DNA of 62,828 nucleotides, filler included, from Rhabdomonas costata (GCA_019059605.1; 50 parts of 50 records of this genome joined end to end with filler, not necessarily neighbours in it), one strand, 5' to 3'; shown: positions 1 through 11,974, counted from the first letter of the whole stretch. A program made the numbers and translations. Notes: generated by a model not told the origin, from the sequence alone.

Positions 1-1
1 A

Positions 2-142
2 ACCGCGTGGTGCGGGGTGGCCTTGTGGGGCATTTTCGGTCCATTCTTTTTCGAAGAGGGACGCAAAGTGGTCAATGTGACCGACATTCGGTACTGCGGT
101 GTGCTGGAGGACGAGGACTACCTCCTTCCCCAACTGGAGCAC
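2..142 (+). mobile_element. Tc1/mariner-superfamily transposase fragment (catalytic region)
   Basis: Frame +2 reads TAWCGVALWGIFGPFFFEEGRKVVNVTDIRYCGVLEDEDYLLPQLEH. This matches the WCG..x.GI.GP.FF....V....Y..ML..FL.P.L block between the first and second catalytic Asp of Tc1/mariner transposases. Similarity is lost after about position 150. Confidence 0.7.
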
Positions 143-349
143 CATCATGCTCAAAGCGGAGTATCGAAACCTCTGTTAGCTCTGTCCAATAGCTCTTCTC
201 TTTCAGCTCATTTTTCAGCTCTAACTTTTGAGATGGAAAAGGCAATAGAAGCACGCTATGCAACGCCCCATTTTTCCTGCAGTCCTCTTCGTTTTTGTTC
301 GGGAAAATCGCGATCGCAGTCAACTCGAAATTCAGAGGGCACCATCGTA

Positions 350-416
350 CAATTTTGGGGTCTACATGCAAGAAATGCCAAATAATGGCATTTCTTGCAT
401 GTGGACCCCAAAATTG
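350..416. repeat. Contig-internal hairpin, 31-bp arms, 5-nt loop, 1 mismatch
   Basis: caattttggggtctacatgcaagaaatgcca-aataa-tggcatttcttgcatgtggaccccaaaattg. Confidence 0.9.
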
Positions 417-695
417 CATGGGAGCGAATAAAGTGAGGTCACACAAAGTACAAAATGATGTCCACATGTCGGGAGCCGAAAGACCATTGAGCCGCTCCGC
501 AAAATACACGAAGCTGTTCTGTTGCGGCTGGAGCTGGTGAGGCTTTAAAAAATATCACGAAAAGCTATAGGGGCGCACCTCCCCCAAAACATCAACTACA
601 AGGAATGTCCACGGCAGCAAGGCTCGTGGTGAAGACCACGGCGAATGCATTCGTGGGTCCGAGGGATACCATGGGACTAACTCGATATTTGCGCT

Positions 696-1115
696 CTAGT
701 GTTCGCACCACTGTTGCAACTCGCCATCCAACGCGAAGAACGGCGCGGGGCAGCCCGAATGTGGTAGTTCCCACTGACCCCCGGTGGGGCTTCCATAAAC
801 CACAGTGGGATCATGACTGACCCCGAAGGACTGCGCCTGCTCCGGTTTCGGCACTCGCAGCGTGCCACTTAAAGCTTCAGGTAATGTCCGGGGGCTTGCC
901 GAGGCCGCGGCCGACGGGCAACTGATTTGCGTGTACACAGTCACGTCACCATTGGAAAGCCCGCAGCAGAAGTAGGGCAGAGAGCGGTGGAAGGAGACCG
1001 ATGTGGCGGCACACCCTGCAACCAAAGCACAGATCTTTTGGACTTGCTTCTTCCTTGATTCGCTCGTCACCTCCGTCCCGCCTCTGTGCCGCTCCTGTGG
1101 CCTTTCAGTATCCAC
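696..1115 (-). CDS. Possible WD40-like protein fragment
   Basis: ATSVSFHRSLPYFCCGLSNGDVTVY resembles one WD40 blade (VSFHPxLPxxxSGSxDGxVxxW). Only one blade is seen and the boundaries are unknown. Confidence 0.25.
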   Translation of the reverse strand: MDTERPQERHRGGTEVTSESRKKQVQKICALVAGCAATSVSFHRSLPYFCCGLSNGDVTVYTQISCPSAAASASPRTLPEALSGTLRVPKPEQAQSFGVSHDPTVVYGSPTGGQWELPHSGCPAPFFALDGELQQWCEH

Positions 1116-1159
1116 TGCAGCCTCTTTTATCCCTTCACTTATCTGTCTGACAGAAAAAA

Positions 1160-1259
1160 NNNNNNNNNNNNNNNNNNNNNNNNNNNNNNNNNNNNNNNNN
1201 NNNTTAATTAATTAANNNNNNNNNNNNNNNNNNNNNNNNNNNNNNNNNNNNNNNNNNNN
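1160..1259. other. Artificial contig spacer (first of 49): N44-TTAATTAATTAA-N44
   Basis: The same 100-bp block recurs about every 1,259 bp. TTAATTAATTAA gives stop codons in all six frames. Contig lengths fall from about 1,159 to 1,158 bp along the window, consistent with size sorting. Confidence 0.99.
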
Positions 1260-2518
1260 TGTGGTGTGGGGGGCATCGGGGTCTGTGACTGCAGCGGGAA
1301 CTGCTGCTGAAGCCGCTGCAGGAAGGCTGTGACATTCTCATCCTATCAAAAACAGTGTGTGCGTTGAGCGCCAGGCGCGCTGGGGTGGGCCGTTGCCTTC
1401 TGCGCACTCGTGAGCTGTAGGCTGTGTTTGGGCCTGCAGTCGTCTGGATGATGTGGCGCAACCAACCGTCGGTAACGATAAAGTGCTTGCACCCCCGAGT
1501 GTTCTGTCAAGGGAGCGTCACCGAATGTCGGATCACATCAGAGCTAGAAAAGTACGTTGAGCGCACGACGCTCTGGTTGAGGTTGGGCTACTATCTCGAT
1601 CTTCTGCCGATGCCCTATCTTCTCCTGAGGAGCGCAAGAGCTTGAAATTGGCTGGCCCCGCTGCACCGCATACCCTCGATAATTGCCACAAAACCCTCTC
1701 ATTTAGAGTCCTCTGCCAAAGTGGTACCCGGGTGTTCCGGTTCACCGCCACTGAAACCTTGGGGTCTCTGGAGGCTGTTTCATGGGTCCCTGGCTGGGGA
1801 CTCACTCGTTACCCTCACATACTGGGCTTGCTTTGGCTTCATGTGCGTTATGCTGCCGCGCTGTTGCCGCGGTCGTGCCGCCTTTATCGCCTTCTCTGAG
1901 GCACGATGCACTTGGGTGGTGAGCGCACATTCCCCTAGAGAAGGAGAGAAAGTTTGCGCGTGAGAGAGAGTGTATGTGTGTGTTCGTGTGTATGTCTGAA
2001 ATAAAACTTGGCATAAAAGAGCTGCACGCGGATCTCACCTCCAAAAATGTGCAGTGAGGCTACCAGCAGGTGGTGCATCCGGGCTTCGATACTAAAGAGT
2101 TGCAGTCCGCTGCACCTTTCCGTGATGGGAATGGCAAGGGCGGGGCATGAGATGTGACGATGAGTTAGGCGTTGCGCATCCCAAAGGCCTCGGCCCAAAA
2201 AAAAACCGCCCCCCCCCCCCAACGCACACTGTCTTTGGTTGACTTTAGTCCAACTGGGGGAGAAGGGTCTAAGGCAAAGGAGCAGAGAAAGAAGAGGAAG
2301 AAAAAGACGTTCAGGAGAGAGCCATTTTAACGGGGGGGGGGCGCAGATCGGTGTGTTTCGGACAGAGAATAGAACGCCCTGAGTAGGAGTCGATATAAAA
2401 ACGCAGGAACCCAAACCCNNNNNNNNNNNNNNNNNNNNNNNNNNNNNNNNNNNNNNNNNNNNTTAATTAATTAANNNNNNNNNNNNNNNNNNNNNNNNNN
2501 NNNNNNNNNNNNNNNNNN

Positions 2519-3285
2519 TTGTTGGTGTTGGGGCGATACCTCGAGGCCTTGGCCAAGGCCAAGACAACGGAGGCGCTGACCCGGTTGATGGCCCTGCAGC
2601 CCTCCGTGGTGGTCCGGCTGAAACCCAGACCCCCCGCAGGCCAGAGCGAGCCCGGCCTCGAGGGAACCAGCTCAGGCTGCGCAAGACCCTCGGGGGGACC
2701 CACAGATGAGGAGGTCGTTGGAATTGCAGAAGTCCAGGCAGGAGACATCCTGAAGGTCTCCCCTTAGCTGTGCATTATATCGTGCACGTACGCAAGCTCG
2801 CAAGACATCCTCCCTACGCCATAAGAGAGCTCATTGTTGGGTGCCCGTGATGAATGGTGAAACCCAAGCGACGGGAAGTCTTCCCCGATCAAAAAATGGC
2901 TTTTTCATGTGAACAGTGCGGACGTGCTTGTGTGTTCATGACTGTGCTGTCTTCTGGCTGTTGCTGCATGGGCAAACGGCTTCCTTGCGATGGAATTTAC
3001 CCTGGATGTTAGGGACGTCATGGCACTGGGACCTATTTCTCTTCTTGCCCAGGTAGTCCGCATTAGCACTGAGCCTGCCTGCTGTGCTCACTCTGGGACC
3101 AGGGCGTGTCTTTGGGCTCTGCTTTCCTTCTCTCCGTTCTTAAAGAAGCCGCTTTATTCATTTTTGTTGGAAACAAAAAGGTGGTCGCCGGGGAGAAGGT
3201 CCCCGTGGATGGCGAGGTGGTATTCGGAAGTGGAGCCGTGGACGAGTCCATGGTCACTGGAGAGCACCTGCCTGTGCACAAAAAG
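2519..3285 (+). CDS. P1B-type heavy-metal (Cu+) ATPase, two exons (2519-2755, 3181-3285), partial
   Basis: [25 protein letters not shown]...GDILK joins [35 protein letters not shown] in frame across a GT-AG intron (2756-3180). Contains the actuator-domain DESMxTGE motif and the ATP7/CopA-like LGxYLExxAK motif. A GT donor follows at 3286. Confidence 0.93.
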
Positions 3286-3777
3286 GTATCGTGCCCGTGA
3301 TGCACACATCCTGTTTTGTTAAGGTTTCTCTCGAACCTCCAGCCCCGCCTGAGGGCATGAGCTCTTTCACAAAGAGCATGATCTGTCTTGCCTCTATGAG
3401 TTCATAGAGTGTATGGTTTTTTCATTCTACATACCTAGTCTCGGATCGACGCATTGACAGTGTCCTGGAAGCAGATGGAGCGAACCCCAAGTGAACAAGG
3501 AGGGAAATGGTCATGCCTCAGTCAACAATCAAGCATGCGAGTTTCTGCCGCCAAATACCGCGGCAGCGCAGGGTGTGCCAACTCAGGGTCATAATTAGGT
3601 GCTTAATATGGCAATTCTTTTGCTGTGGGAGTCCCTTCGTTTTCGACCAGAAATTTTCCATTCATCTACCCAAAACANNNNNNNNNNNNNNNNNNNNNNN
3701 NNNNNNNNNNNNNNNNNNNNNTTAATTAATTAANNNNNNNNNNNNNNNNNNNNNNNNNNNNNNNNNNNNNNNNNNNN

Positions 3778-4589
3778 GGGTTGGGGGGGTGTTCACGCTG
3801 TGGCTCATCACGCGCTGGAACAGCGTGCGCATCGACCACCACCGCGCCAGCACGAGGCCCACAAACAGACCCAGCAGGAAGTTCACCAGCGACTGTGAGG
3901 AAGTGAAAGGACGCGTGTGGGGGGGCATAAAGGCACCTTGGCCCAAATGTTTGCTGAGAATTTTGCAAGTTAATCACAACCGTGGAAGCTGGCAGTATCG
4001 TTAAATCGGCAATGCTGGTAAGGTCTCAGTGAAGCAAATGCCAACAGTGGTATCACTGCAGCCCTGGTGTGGGTACGGACGTAATGGAGGAGAACATCAA
4101 GGGAAGATTGTGGAAACCCCAGCTCGGCTTGCATCACAATACACATTAGTTCCAGGATCAGAGCAGCAGTTCTAAGCTGATCGTCCGGGAAAATAGCACT
4201 TACTAAAAGTTCGCCCGTCCGATGCGCCGAAGCGCAAACAGTGACCAGCAACAAATACGTCCGTTTGAATTGCACGACATTCTGAAACACGCTCACCCAC
4301 AGGTGCGCAAAACCTGTAGGTCGATTTCGGCAGAGGACTTCCGCAGCACATCCGCCCCCTTGCGGTCCACTGTGCCCAGGATGCTGAGGTATACCAGCCA
4401 CACCACGATCTGGAACCACAGGAAGGGGCCGTTCAAGAAGGTCCCCTTGTACCACGGTGTCCACGGGACGAGGGGCAGGGAAGTGAAGTGGGCCCTCCAA
4501 GGGGTGTAGCTCAGGATTCTCCACGTGGCGCCCCGGTAGAAGTGGATCCCAGAAAGCCAGCCCCACGATGGGCGGGCCATGATTTTCAT
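3778..4589 (-). CDS. Bestrophin-family anion channel, N-terminal two exons (4589-4314, 3892-3778), partial
   Basis: MKIMARPSWGW...WYKGTFLNGPFLWFQIVVWLVYLSIL...EIDLQ joins SLVNFLLGLFVGLVLARWWSMRTLF in phase 0 across a GT-AG intron (4313-3893). FLLGxxVxxVxxRWW is the bestrophin TM2 signature. Confidence 0.8.
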
Positions 4590-5039
4590 GCGCGTCCGTG
4601 CACAAGCGGGGAAAGATGAGAGGAAGACAACTAAGGCCACCACTGTGCACGGGGGGACACACACACTCGCTCTCTCTCACACAAACATCCAACCAAACAC
4701 TGAGAAAGGCGCTCTACCTCTTCGTACACAGCACAACAAAGAGAGACATTCAACGATATGAAGAAAGCTGATAAATGAAGTGGGAAAAAGAAGACAAATA
4801 CGAAATTCATTGGAGGGGGGCACACAATAATGACAGGCTGGAGAGCAAGAACTACAAAGCACAGAAGCACAGGGCCAGCAAAAACAGGGAAGGAAACAAC
4901 AACAACAACCCAAACCCACACACACCCAACACNNNNNNNNNNNNNNNNNNNNNNNNNNNNNNNNNNNNNNNNNNNNTTAATTAATTAANNNNNNNNNNNN
5001 NNNNNNNNNNNNNNNNNNNNNNNNNNNNNNNNGTGTGTG

Positions 5040-5182
5040 GGTTGGTGGTGGCAACAGAAACCGCCTCTGCAGTCAGCAATCCTGCCCAGAATCTCGGTAT
5101 AGGCAGACTGCAGAAGGCTGCCATCGACGTCTGCAGTGACGAGGAACTGAGCGAACTGCAGGACATTCGCGTACATGCGGTC
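5040..5182 (-). CDS. Putative exon, unknown protein
   Basis: A long pyrimidine-rich tract and ctaccag acceptor precede an open frame DRMYANVLQFAQFLVTADVDGSLLQSAYTEILGRIADCRGGF. No family recognised. Confidence 0.35.
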
Positions 5183-6990
5183 CTGGTAGGAGAGATGGGG
5201 GTGGGCAAGAAGAAGCTCCAGAGCGGCCGAGGAGATGGTGTCGGGAAGAGTGGGAGGAACCTGAGGGGCGAGAGAAATGGTGAGGGCGGCGAACTTAGCC
5301 TCAAGGTAGAGCTTGGAGGCAGAGAACTGCGTCTGTAGCTCGACGTGACTCTGCTAGAGGGAGGTGATGGGAAGCCTTGATCTGAGAGGTGCTGCAATAG
5401 GTGTTGTGATCCGTCATCGGAGAGCCCAGAAGAGGCAGTGACACGTGTCAGCAAAAAAATAGATGCTGGTGGGAAAGAGAGAGAAGAAAAACATCAGTCT
5501 CTTCTTCTCCCAATTTCAGGCTTACCGACAACACCTCAAATCAGTCGATGAAAAGGCACTCTTCATTGCCTTCATTAAATGTCTGGATTGCGCATCTTGG
5601 TTTTCTGATTGCACAAGGCAAGCCGACGATGCAGAATCAAGCCCTCAAGATGGCTTTGGCGTTCCATCTGGGCCCGACACCGCCATGGAGGAGCTACGTC
5701 GAACAAGCGAATTCGAAGCTACTTACCGAGATTCACTAAAAGCTCGAAGGTTTCTCAGAGAGGCAGGCGAGTTCATCACAAGTCATAACCGGCAGTTTCT
5801 TAAAGAACAACAAACCCGATGGAAACAGCAAACGTCAGAGAATGCCCAACTGTCGACAGCAGCACTCCGCTACGCACCTGAGTTTTGTGGACAGCTTTTG
5901 TCGTACGAGTAGAAGAGGTCAACCAGCTTACCCAAGACAGAATGTGAACCCGAGGTCCGGTCAACCTCGGACAAGTCGACTTACTGCGTGTTCCAGCATC
6001 GCGCCACACCAGTAAATCGGACAGCTTCACCACAAAGTTTTCGACCTACCTCCACAGGAAAGTGGTTTGGGCGCGGCTAAAGCCGTGGCGGTGGCCGCTG
6101 TTGGCCGTTAGGTGGAAGTGGCCGAGGCTAGAAACCGCCAACGACGGAGTGTCAACAGGTAAATCAACCAATGGAGTTTGGCCCACCAACANNNNNNNNN
6201 NNNNNNNNNNNNNNNNNNNNNNNNNNNNNNNNNNNTTAATTAATTAANNNNNNNNNNNNNNNNNNNNNNNNNNNNNNNNNNNNNNNNNNNNCCCCGCCAC
6301 AACAGCGGGTTTAGTTGACGGTCACCGCGGATGAGCTGCTGTTCCTTTGAAAGTCCCTTACAACAGGGTGATTCCTTGGACGTGGGCTGAAACTCGTGCA
6401 CCCGCCTGGTTCACGTTCGTGAACCAACATGTCTGGGGGAAGGAAGGTGGGGACGTTGCAAAGGTGGGGTGTGGGTACAACTCGGGATTGGGGTGGGTCC
6501 GGCCGCACCGCGTCTGACCTTCGCGTCCTTAATGATTCCATCCTTCAGGGGGAGTTAGAGTTAGACTCAGGGGAATAAAGAAGAGGTCCACTGCGTGGGG
6601 AAAGAGTTCCATTGGTTTTGGGGGTTTGTTTCGGCTTTCTTTCAGCTACAAGTCTGCACCAGATAACATCGCCCAAAGTCACAGCCCAGCGAAACAGCAG
6701 AGGGCAACACAGGAAGGCTTGGGAGCTAAACGACAAGCAGACAGGACCCAAAGATCAAACCCACGGTCGCTTTGCGCTTTTGTGGGTTCACAAGGGGAAA
6801 AGGGGGTGGGGGGTCGAGTTTCAGCCTTACACCGATGCCTTGCCTGGAGAGCATGTTGGTTACGAACGATGGCCAATACTGTTGTTGTGGTGCAGTGATA
6901 GTGAATTGTGCGCGCTAGCTCTGGTTGCAGTGATAAGTGCCGGTTTTAGGGGTTGCGGAAGGGGGGGGACTTCTCATTTGCGTGCCACAG

Positions 6991-7063
6991 GTTTCGAGTG
7001 GGCATCAACACCGACGCCGTCTTCGTGGGGAACTTCGGGTGCGACCACCGCATCAATTACACG
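6991..7063 (+). CDS. Class III adenylate/guanylate cyclase catalytic-domain exon (73 nt)
   Basis: gccacag|G TTT CGA GTG...TAC ACG|gtacgt translates to FRVGINTDAVFVGNFGCDHRINYT. This matches RxGIxTGxVxVGNxGxxxRxNYT, which precedes the GDxVNxAxRLE motif. This frame is not in the ORF track. Confidence 0.85.
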
Positions 7064-8493
7064 GTACGTTTGTCTCAGCGAAGTTTGCAACTCAAGTGTG
7101 TAGAGGAATAGAGGCGTTCACAGCGTTAACGGACTTGTGGCCTGTGAAATCCATCCAGAGCACACTTCTCGGCGGAGTGCGACTTATAGTGCACTTCGCT
7201 CTCGTCGTGCCAGGCGCGGTGTGCAAGTCTGGGAGTGGTTTTGCTGGGGTTGTGGCACTGTATGCCCGTTAAGCTGCAAACAGGTAAGGTGGTGGCGGTC
7301 GGAGGAAAAAGAAGCTTCCACCTGGCTGCTGAGATACTACCTATGAATAGCAGCATGACTTAGTGCACCCTCTTGTTTTCGGGTGGGTGGGAGGTTACAC
7401 TGACGCCTGATCTTCTGATCTACCAGATCTGCTGAGATGCCAAAAAACCCNNNNNNNNNNNNNNNNNNNNNNNNNNNNNNNNNNNNNNNNNNNNTTAATT
7501 AATTAANNNNNNNNNNNNNNNNNNNNNNNNNNNNNNNNNNNNNNNNNNNNGGGGTTGTGTATTCTCGGGGCGCCATCCGCCCCCAAGAAAGAACACAGCT
7601 CCCCGTGTGTGTATGTGTGGATGGGCACCCACCTCGCCCAACACCCGTCGTGGTGTACAGGACGAACAGCACCGCTGTGAACGCGCCAACAACACCAAAA
7701 CAGATGTGCGCAACACTAGGACACGCCACAGCATACCGCGCCAATGCGCGATGTGTCTGTCGTGCTGTGGCGGCAAACGCAGGCTAGGCGAGTGCAAAGT
7801 GTTGGAGCTCCGGTGTACTGCGCCTTTGAGGTTTCCCAAGAAACTCCGCCCAGAAGCAGAGGGGTGATTCGTACCCGGAGACGCGGATAGGCAGCGAGAG
7901 AGTATTCGAAAGCCCGCTGGAGGCTGAATAGACCTCCACCAAAACCATTGTGCCCGTAGCACGTGTGTCGCTCTTCACGGATCGTGTTTCTCAAGGTACA
8001 CACCCAACCGTGCAGTGTTTTCTACCACACCGCACATGGCTCCTCGACCGCCCCGCGCTGGGCTCATCTGAAGAAAATAACTCAGCAACCTGTGTTTCTG
8101 CGCCGTGCCGCAGTGACCTTGGCGTTGGGGTTCTTCTTGGTTCCTTGATTCTTTGGATACTCGTGATCTCTGGGTCAAGATGATTGATCCCCTAGGGGGA
8201 AGGTTCCCTTCAACAAGGGTCGCTGTTTATGATGCTAAGGTAATCTACATCCCGGAACTCAGAATTTAGTATGTTACGAGTTTCCATATGAATTCTTGGG
8301 AACGCTAGAAAATGCCACTAAACTGGTATGTATGCATACGATGACTTGAACGTTTTCACGCCACTGAGGCTAAAAAGCACGTGTTCTAGTGTACGGTGTA
8401 ATATGTTATATGATGGCATTATGTAGTTAAGTGGAGCCCTCGCCTTCTTTGCGGTCTGTTGCCTGTTATCCACACACACACGCACATACACAG

Positions 8494-8600
8494 GTGACCC
8501 ACCCCTCGGGGTCCCGACAGCTGCACATCCTGCAGCGCCACAGCTTCCTGGCGTCCCTCAAGCGCATGGCCACCGTGGCGGCCTCAACGGATGACCAGAG
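8494..8600 (+). CDS. P5-type ATPase (ATP13A/Spf1-like) nucleotide-binding-domain exon
   Basis: cacacag|...|gtatgc gives VTHPSGSRQLHILQRHSFLASLKRMATVAASTDDQ, matching the P5 ATPase I.xR.xFxSxLKRMxxV motif. Confidence 0.75.
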
Positions 8601-10068
8601 GTATGCGATCGGAACGGGATTGTTTCCACGTGAGAGGGCTTCTCGTTACTTAGAGGCAGAGGGGAGCTATCAGGGAATATGACCAAAAACACCAAACACG
8701 CCGAACACANNNNNNNNNNNNNNNNNNNNNNNNNNNNNNNNNNNNNNNNNNNNTTAATTAATTAANNNNNNNNNNNNNNNNNNNNNNNNNNNNNNNNNNN
8801 NNNNNNNNNTGTTGTTGGGAACAGCTGCGTTATCTGGTGTGACTTTTCTGTTGTGTTAGTGCCGGAGGTGCAGGAAGCTTTCCGTTGAAGTGTGGTATGC
8901 TGATAGCGAGGGCAAGAAGGTGAGGAGGGGGCTAAATTTTGCCTTGGAATGAAGACCTTAATGGCGTCCTGGTGCGTGCGCTAACGTCTGAGAACTCCTG
9001 CCAGTGAGTGTACGCTCCCTTTTGGTGGGCAGGTCCCACTAGAAATGTACGTTCCTGTGAGGGCGAGTTCCGCCCATGTCGGCTTTCCCGCGCCCTCCTG
9101 CGAGGGCACCCCTCTTCCCATGTTAGTCCGGATTTTGTGCATATGCTGGGTTGATGTGGTGTAAAGCAACGGCATTGGTTTTAGTGTTATGAGGGAAGTG
9201 AGCCACCTTAGCTTCACCCGTTTTCGCTTCTCTCAGCTATCCTTTTTCATTCTCTGGAACGCGCCAGCAGCAAACATTTCTTTTGGTGTTTTTCTTTAGA
9301 GTTGCGTGTCCCTTGATTGAATCCTCGTCATGTCAGGGCCAGTTGAGGTGGCCTTGATTCTGATGCTGAGCTTTGCTGTCCAGGCTCTGGGTAAAACTCT
9401 GCACGCTCTTCTGCTCCCACTCGTGCTCAATTCTCTCATTGTTTGACTTCGATTGACTGAGTGAGTAAGTGTGACTAGTGGAGCCAAAGGTCCCATCCAG
9501 GCGTGCGAGTATCACATGCAATTTCTATATGCATGATTATAGGAACATGCAATGACACGCAATACCACGTTTCGGCAATACGTTACAAGCGCATACATGC
9601 AGTGGTGCAAGTGCCATCAGCAATATCTTCTTTTTCATGTGAAAACAACATTATCCAAAGCAGATCGAATCCTTTCCTTAATCGCAGTCGGACTTTCTTT
9701 CCCTTCCATTTTTTATTAATGTCGAACCTTTACAACGCTATCGGGGACAAAGACTATTGCGGAAACTTAAGAAGATGCCACGGTTTTCTATCCAAGCGCA
9801 AAACCAATCGAAACGTACAAGGTGCTCGCTGACTTACAATGGAATGATAGTGCCCGAGGGGTTAGATAAGGTGAGTGAAATTTTACCATCTAAAACGCTC
9901 TTCTTAAAAATTCCCATAAGTCCTATTACTGCTCCCATAATTCGATGGTGCACTTGTTCGTGACACAANNNNNNNNNNNNNNNNNNNNNNNNNNNNNNNN
10001 NNNNNNNNNNNNTTAATTAATTAANNNNNNNNNNNNNNNNNNNNNNNNNNNNNNNNNNNNNNNNNNNN

Positions 10069-10844
10069 GGGGGGGGTTTTTCATCCGGAACGTGGTGCCC
10101 CAGCCGTCGATGTCCAGGACGTACTTGTGTTGCAGCAGGTTTGCCAAGGAAAGGGGCTCGCCAACCATCTCCCGACATTTCGCACGGTCCCTAGCAGGCA
10201 TGACAAAAGGCACCACCCGTTTGTTTTTGACGCTGTCATGGAACCTTGCAGGATTTCGGGCAACATATCCTTGCATCCTGATGTGACGACATTTTAACAA
10301 AAGGTTTAATAAAACGGTGGGCATCGAATGAAGGTAAGGTTTCAAACCACAGCAAAAAGTGTATGAAAAGAAATGGAATCCCTGCACTCTCTCCATCCAT
10401 CCACCTATACAACGGGATGCAACCACCTCCCAACCGGGTAGCGAATGCAAAAGAAAAGGCTCGCGCTGGAAACTCTCCCATCGTCTAACCCTTCCACTTG
10501 CTCGTCATGGAAGGTGCACAGAGTGCCTGTCAACGACACGAAGGCAAGAATAAAACCAATTTCAAACGCCCACAGCCCCAGACCCAGACCCAGAGCACAG
10601 CGCAAAAAAACCAGAGACTCACAGCATACCCCCAGTACACCCAGGTGCAATGGGTGGCCGTGTCAGCGGAGCCCGCTAGCTTGGCGTCCAGCACCATGGG
10701 AACATCCAGGGAGAACTCACACGCCCGCAGCCGAGGCACGCTGGTTGGCGCGCCTCTCCAAACCGCCTGCCGGCGCTTCTCCGGCCACACCGGAGGTCCA
10801 GGGTTCAGCTTGTCAGCTCGCCATGTTGAGTCTGGGGAGAAGTC
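10069..10844 (-). CDS. Glycosyltransferase family 90 (CAP10/POGLUT-like), two exons (10844-10630, 10277-10069), partial
   Basis: DFSPDSTW...WPEKRRQAVWRGAPTSVPRLRAC...LDAK joins ...LSLANLLQHKYVLDIDGWGTTFRMK in phase 2 across a GT-AG intron (10629-10278). WxxKxxxAxWRG and KYxLDIDG are GT90 motifs. Confidence 0.85.
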
Positions 10845-11974
10845 CTGTGCCGTGTTGTTGGGTTTTCCTTTCCCAAAAGCATATCCGAAGGACAACGCAA
10901 ATCACTGCGACTGAATCACTTCTATAACATATTAACATACAGTTACAGTGGTTTTAGGGCGACCTCATATCAAAACCTATCCAGCCCAACACGGCACAAC
11001 GTTTCCATCTGAAAACTGACCCCCCCCCCTTTGCCTCCCCATTTTCAATGTTGGTGAAAAAACGGCCATACCCAACGGTAAGGGGGTATGGAGAGGGGCG
11101 AAAAACCTTGGTTGATCAAGGTATCTTGGATAACCCCGACGGTATCGGCTTGCCAGGTATGCTCCTCCTTTCCACCACAGTCGCACATTTAAATCTCTCA
11201 TTCCCTGCGTTCCGGAACCACCCCACCNNNNNNNNNNNNNNNNNNNNNNNNNNNNNNNNNNNNNNNNNNNNTTAATTAATTAANNNNNNNNNNNNNNNNN
11301 NNNNNNNNNNNNNNNNNNNNNNNNNNNGGTTGTGTGGTATTCAAAATAAAAGCTAATTTGCGTTGGATCGAGCGGTGATATGTGAAACTTATTTTGTAGT
11401 AGTTTCTTATGGTTTAGTAGTTTCTGGTTCTCATTGATTTTGCATGGGAGTAGATCCAAAAGGCTGAGATTCTGTCGTTGGCTCTTGGAAAAGCGTGACA
11501 GTTCATAATTACGAATGCCTGTGGTCTTTACGAAAGAATTACATTTTTCTTAAAATATTAAAACCTTAAACGTTCAAGTCCACAAGAACAGTTTTAGGCT
11601 ATGTGGGGACTAGAATACCCACTTCCTGTGGTGTGGTTTGTCTTCGCGGAGAATACATGATCCTACTTTTTACAGGCATGGCGGTAACTGCGATCGGACA
11701 CCGGATTTATGGTTTCTTTGTACAGGCTTTACGCCACCTTCACATTTATTAATAACAGGCCGGGTCCCAGCACAGTAGCCACAAAAATCGTGAGGAATCG
11801 GCCCGCCGTTACCGACCAACCAATTAAAAACTGATTTTGGTCCTACTGAAATTTCCACTGGCCTATTTTCCTTTGGTGCCAAGTAAAGGCAACTGTTTAC
11901 TGACTGCCCATGACACTGTTGATGTCACGTGCTGTCGAGTTTATCCTGACTTTGCTCGCGCTTGTGTGTGTGTG

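Noticed and set aside
1204..1215. Regularly spaced TTAATTAATTAA as a CRISPR-like or satellite array
   Set aside because: It is always embedded in N44 blocks and is a synthetic six-frame stop linker. No CRISPR array or cas gene was seen.
5463..5912. 149-aa ORF as a gag-like or host protein
   Set aside because: No recognisable motif, and it lies antisense to a candidate exon in the same contig. Left unassigned.
9296..9521. Possible GIY-YIG-like relic (YSLSQSKSNNERIEH)
   Set aside because: The core GIY/YIG residues are absent and the resemblance is superficial.
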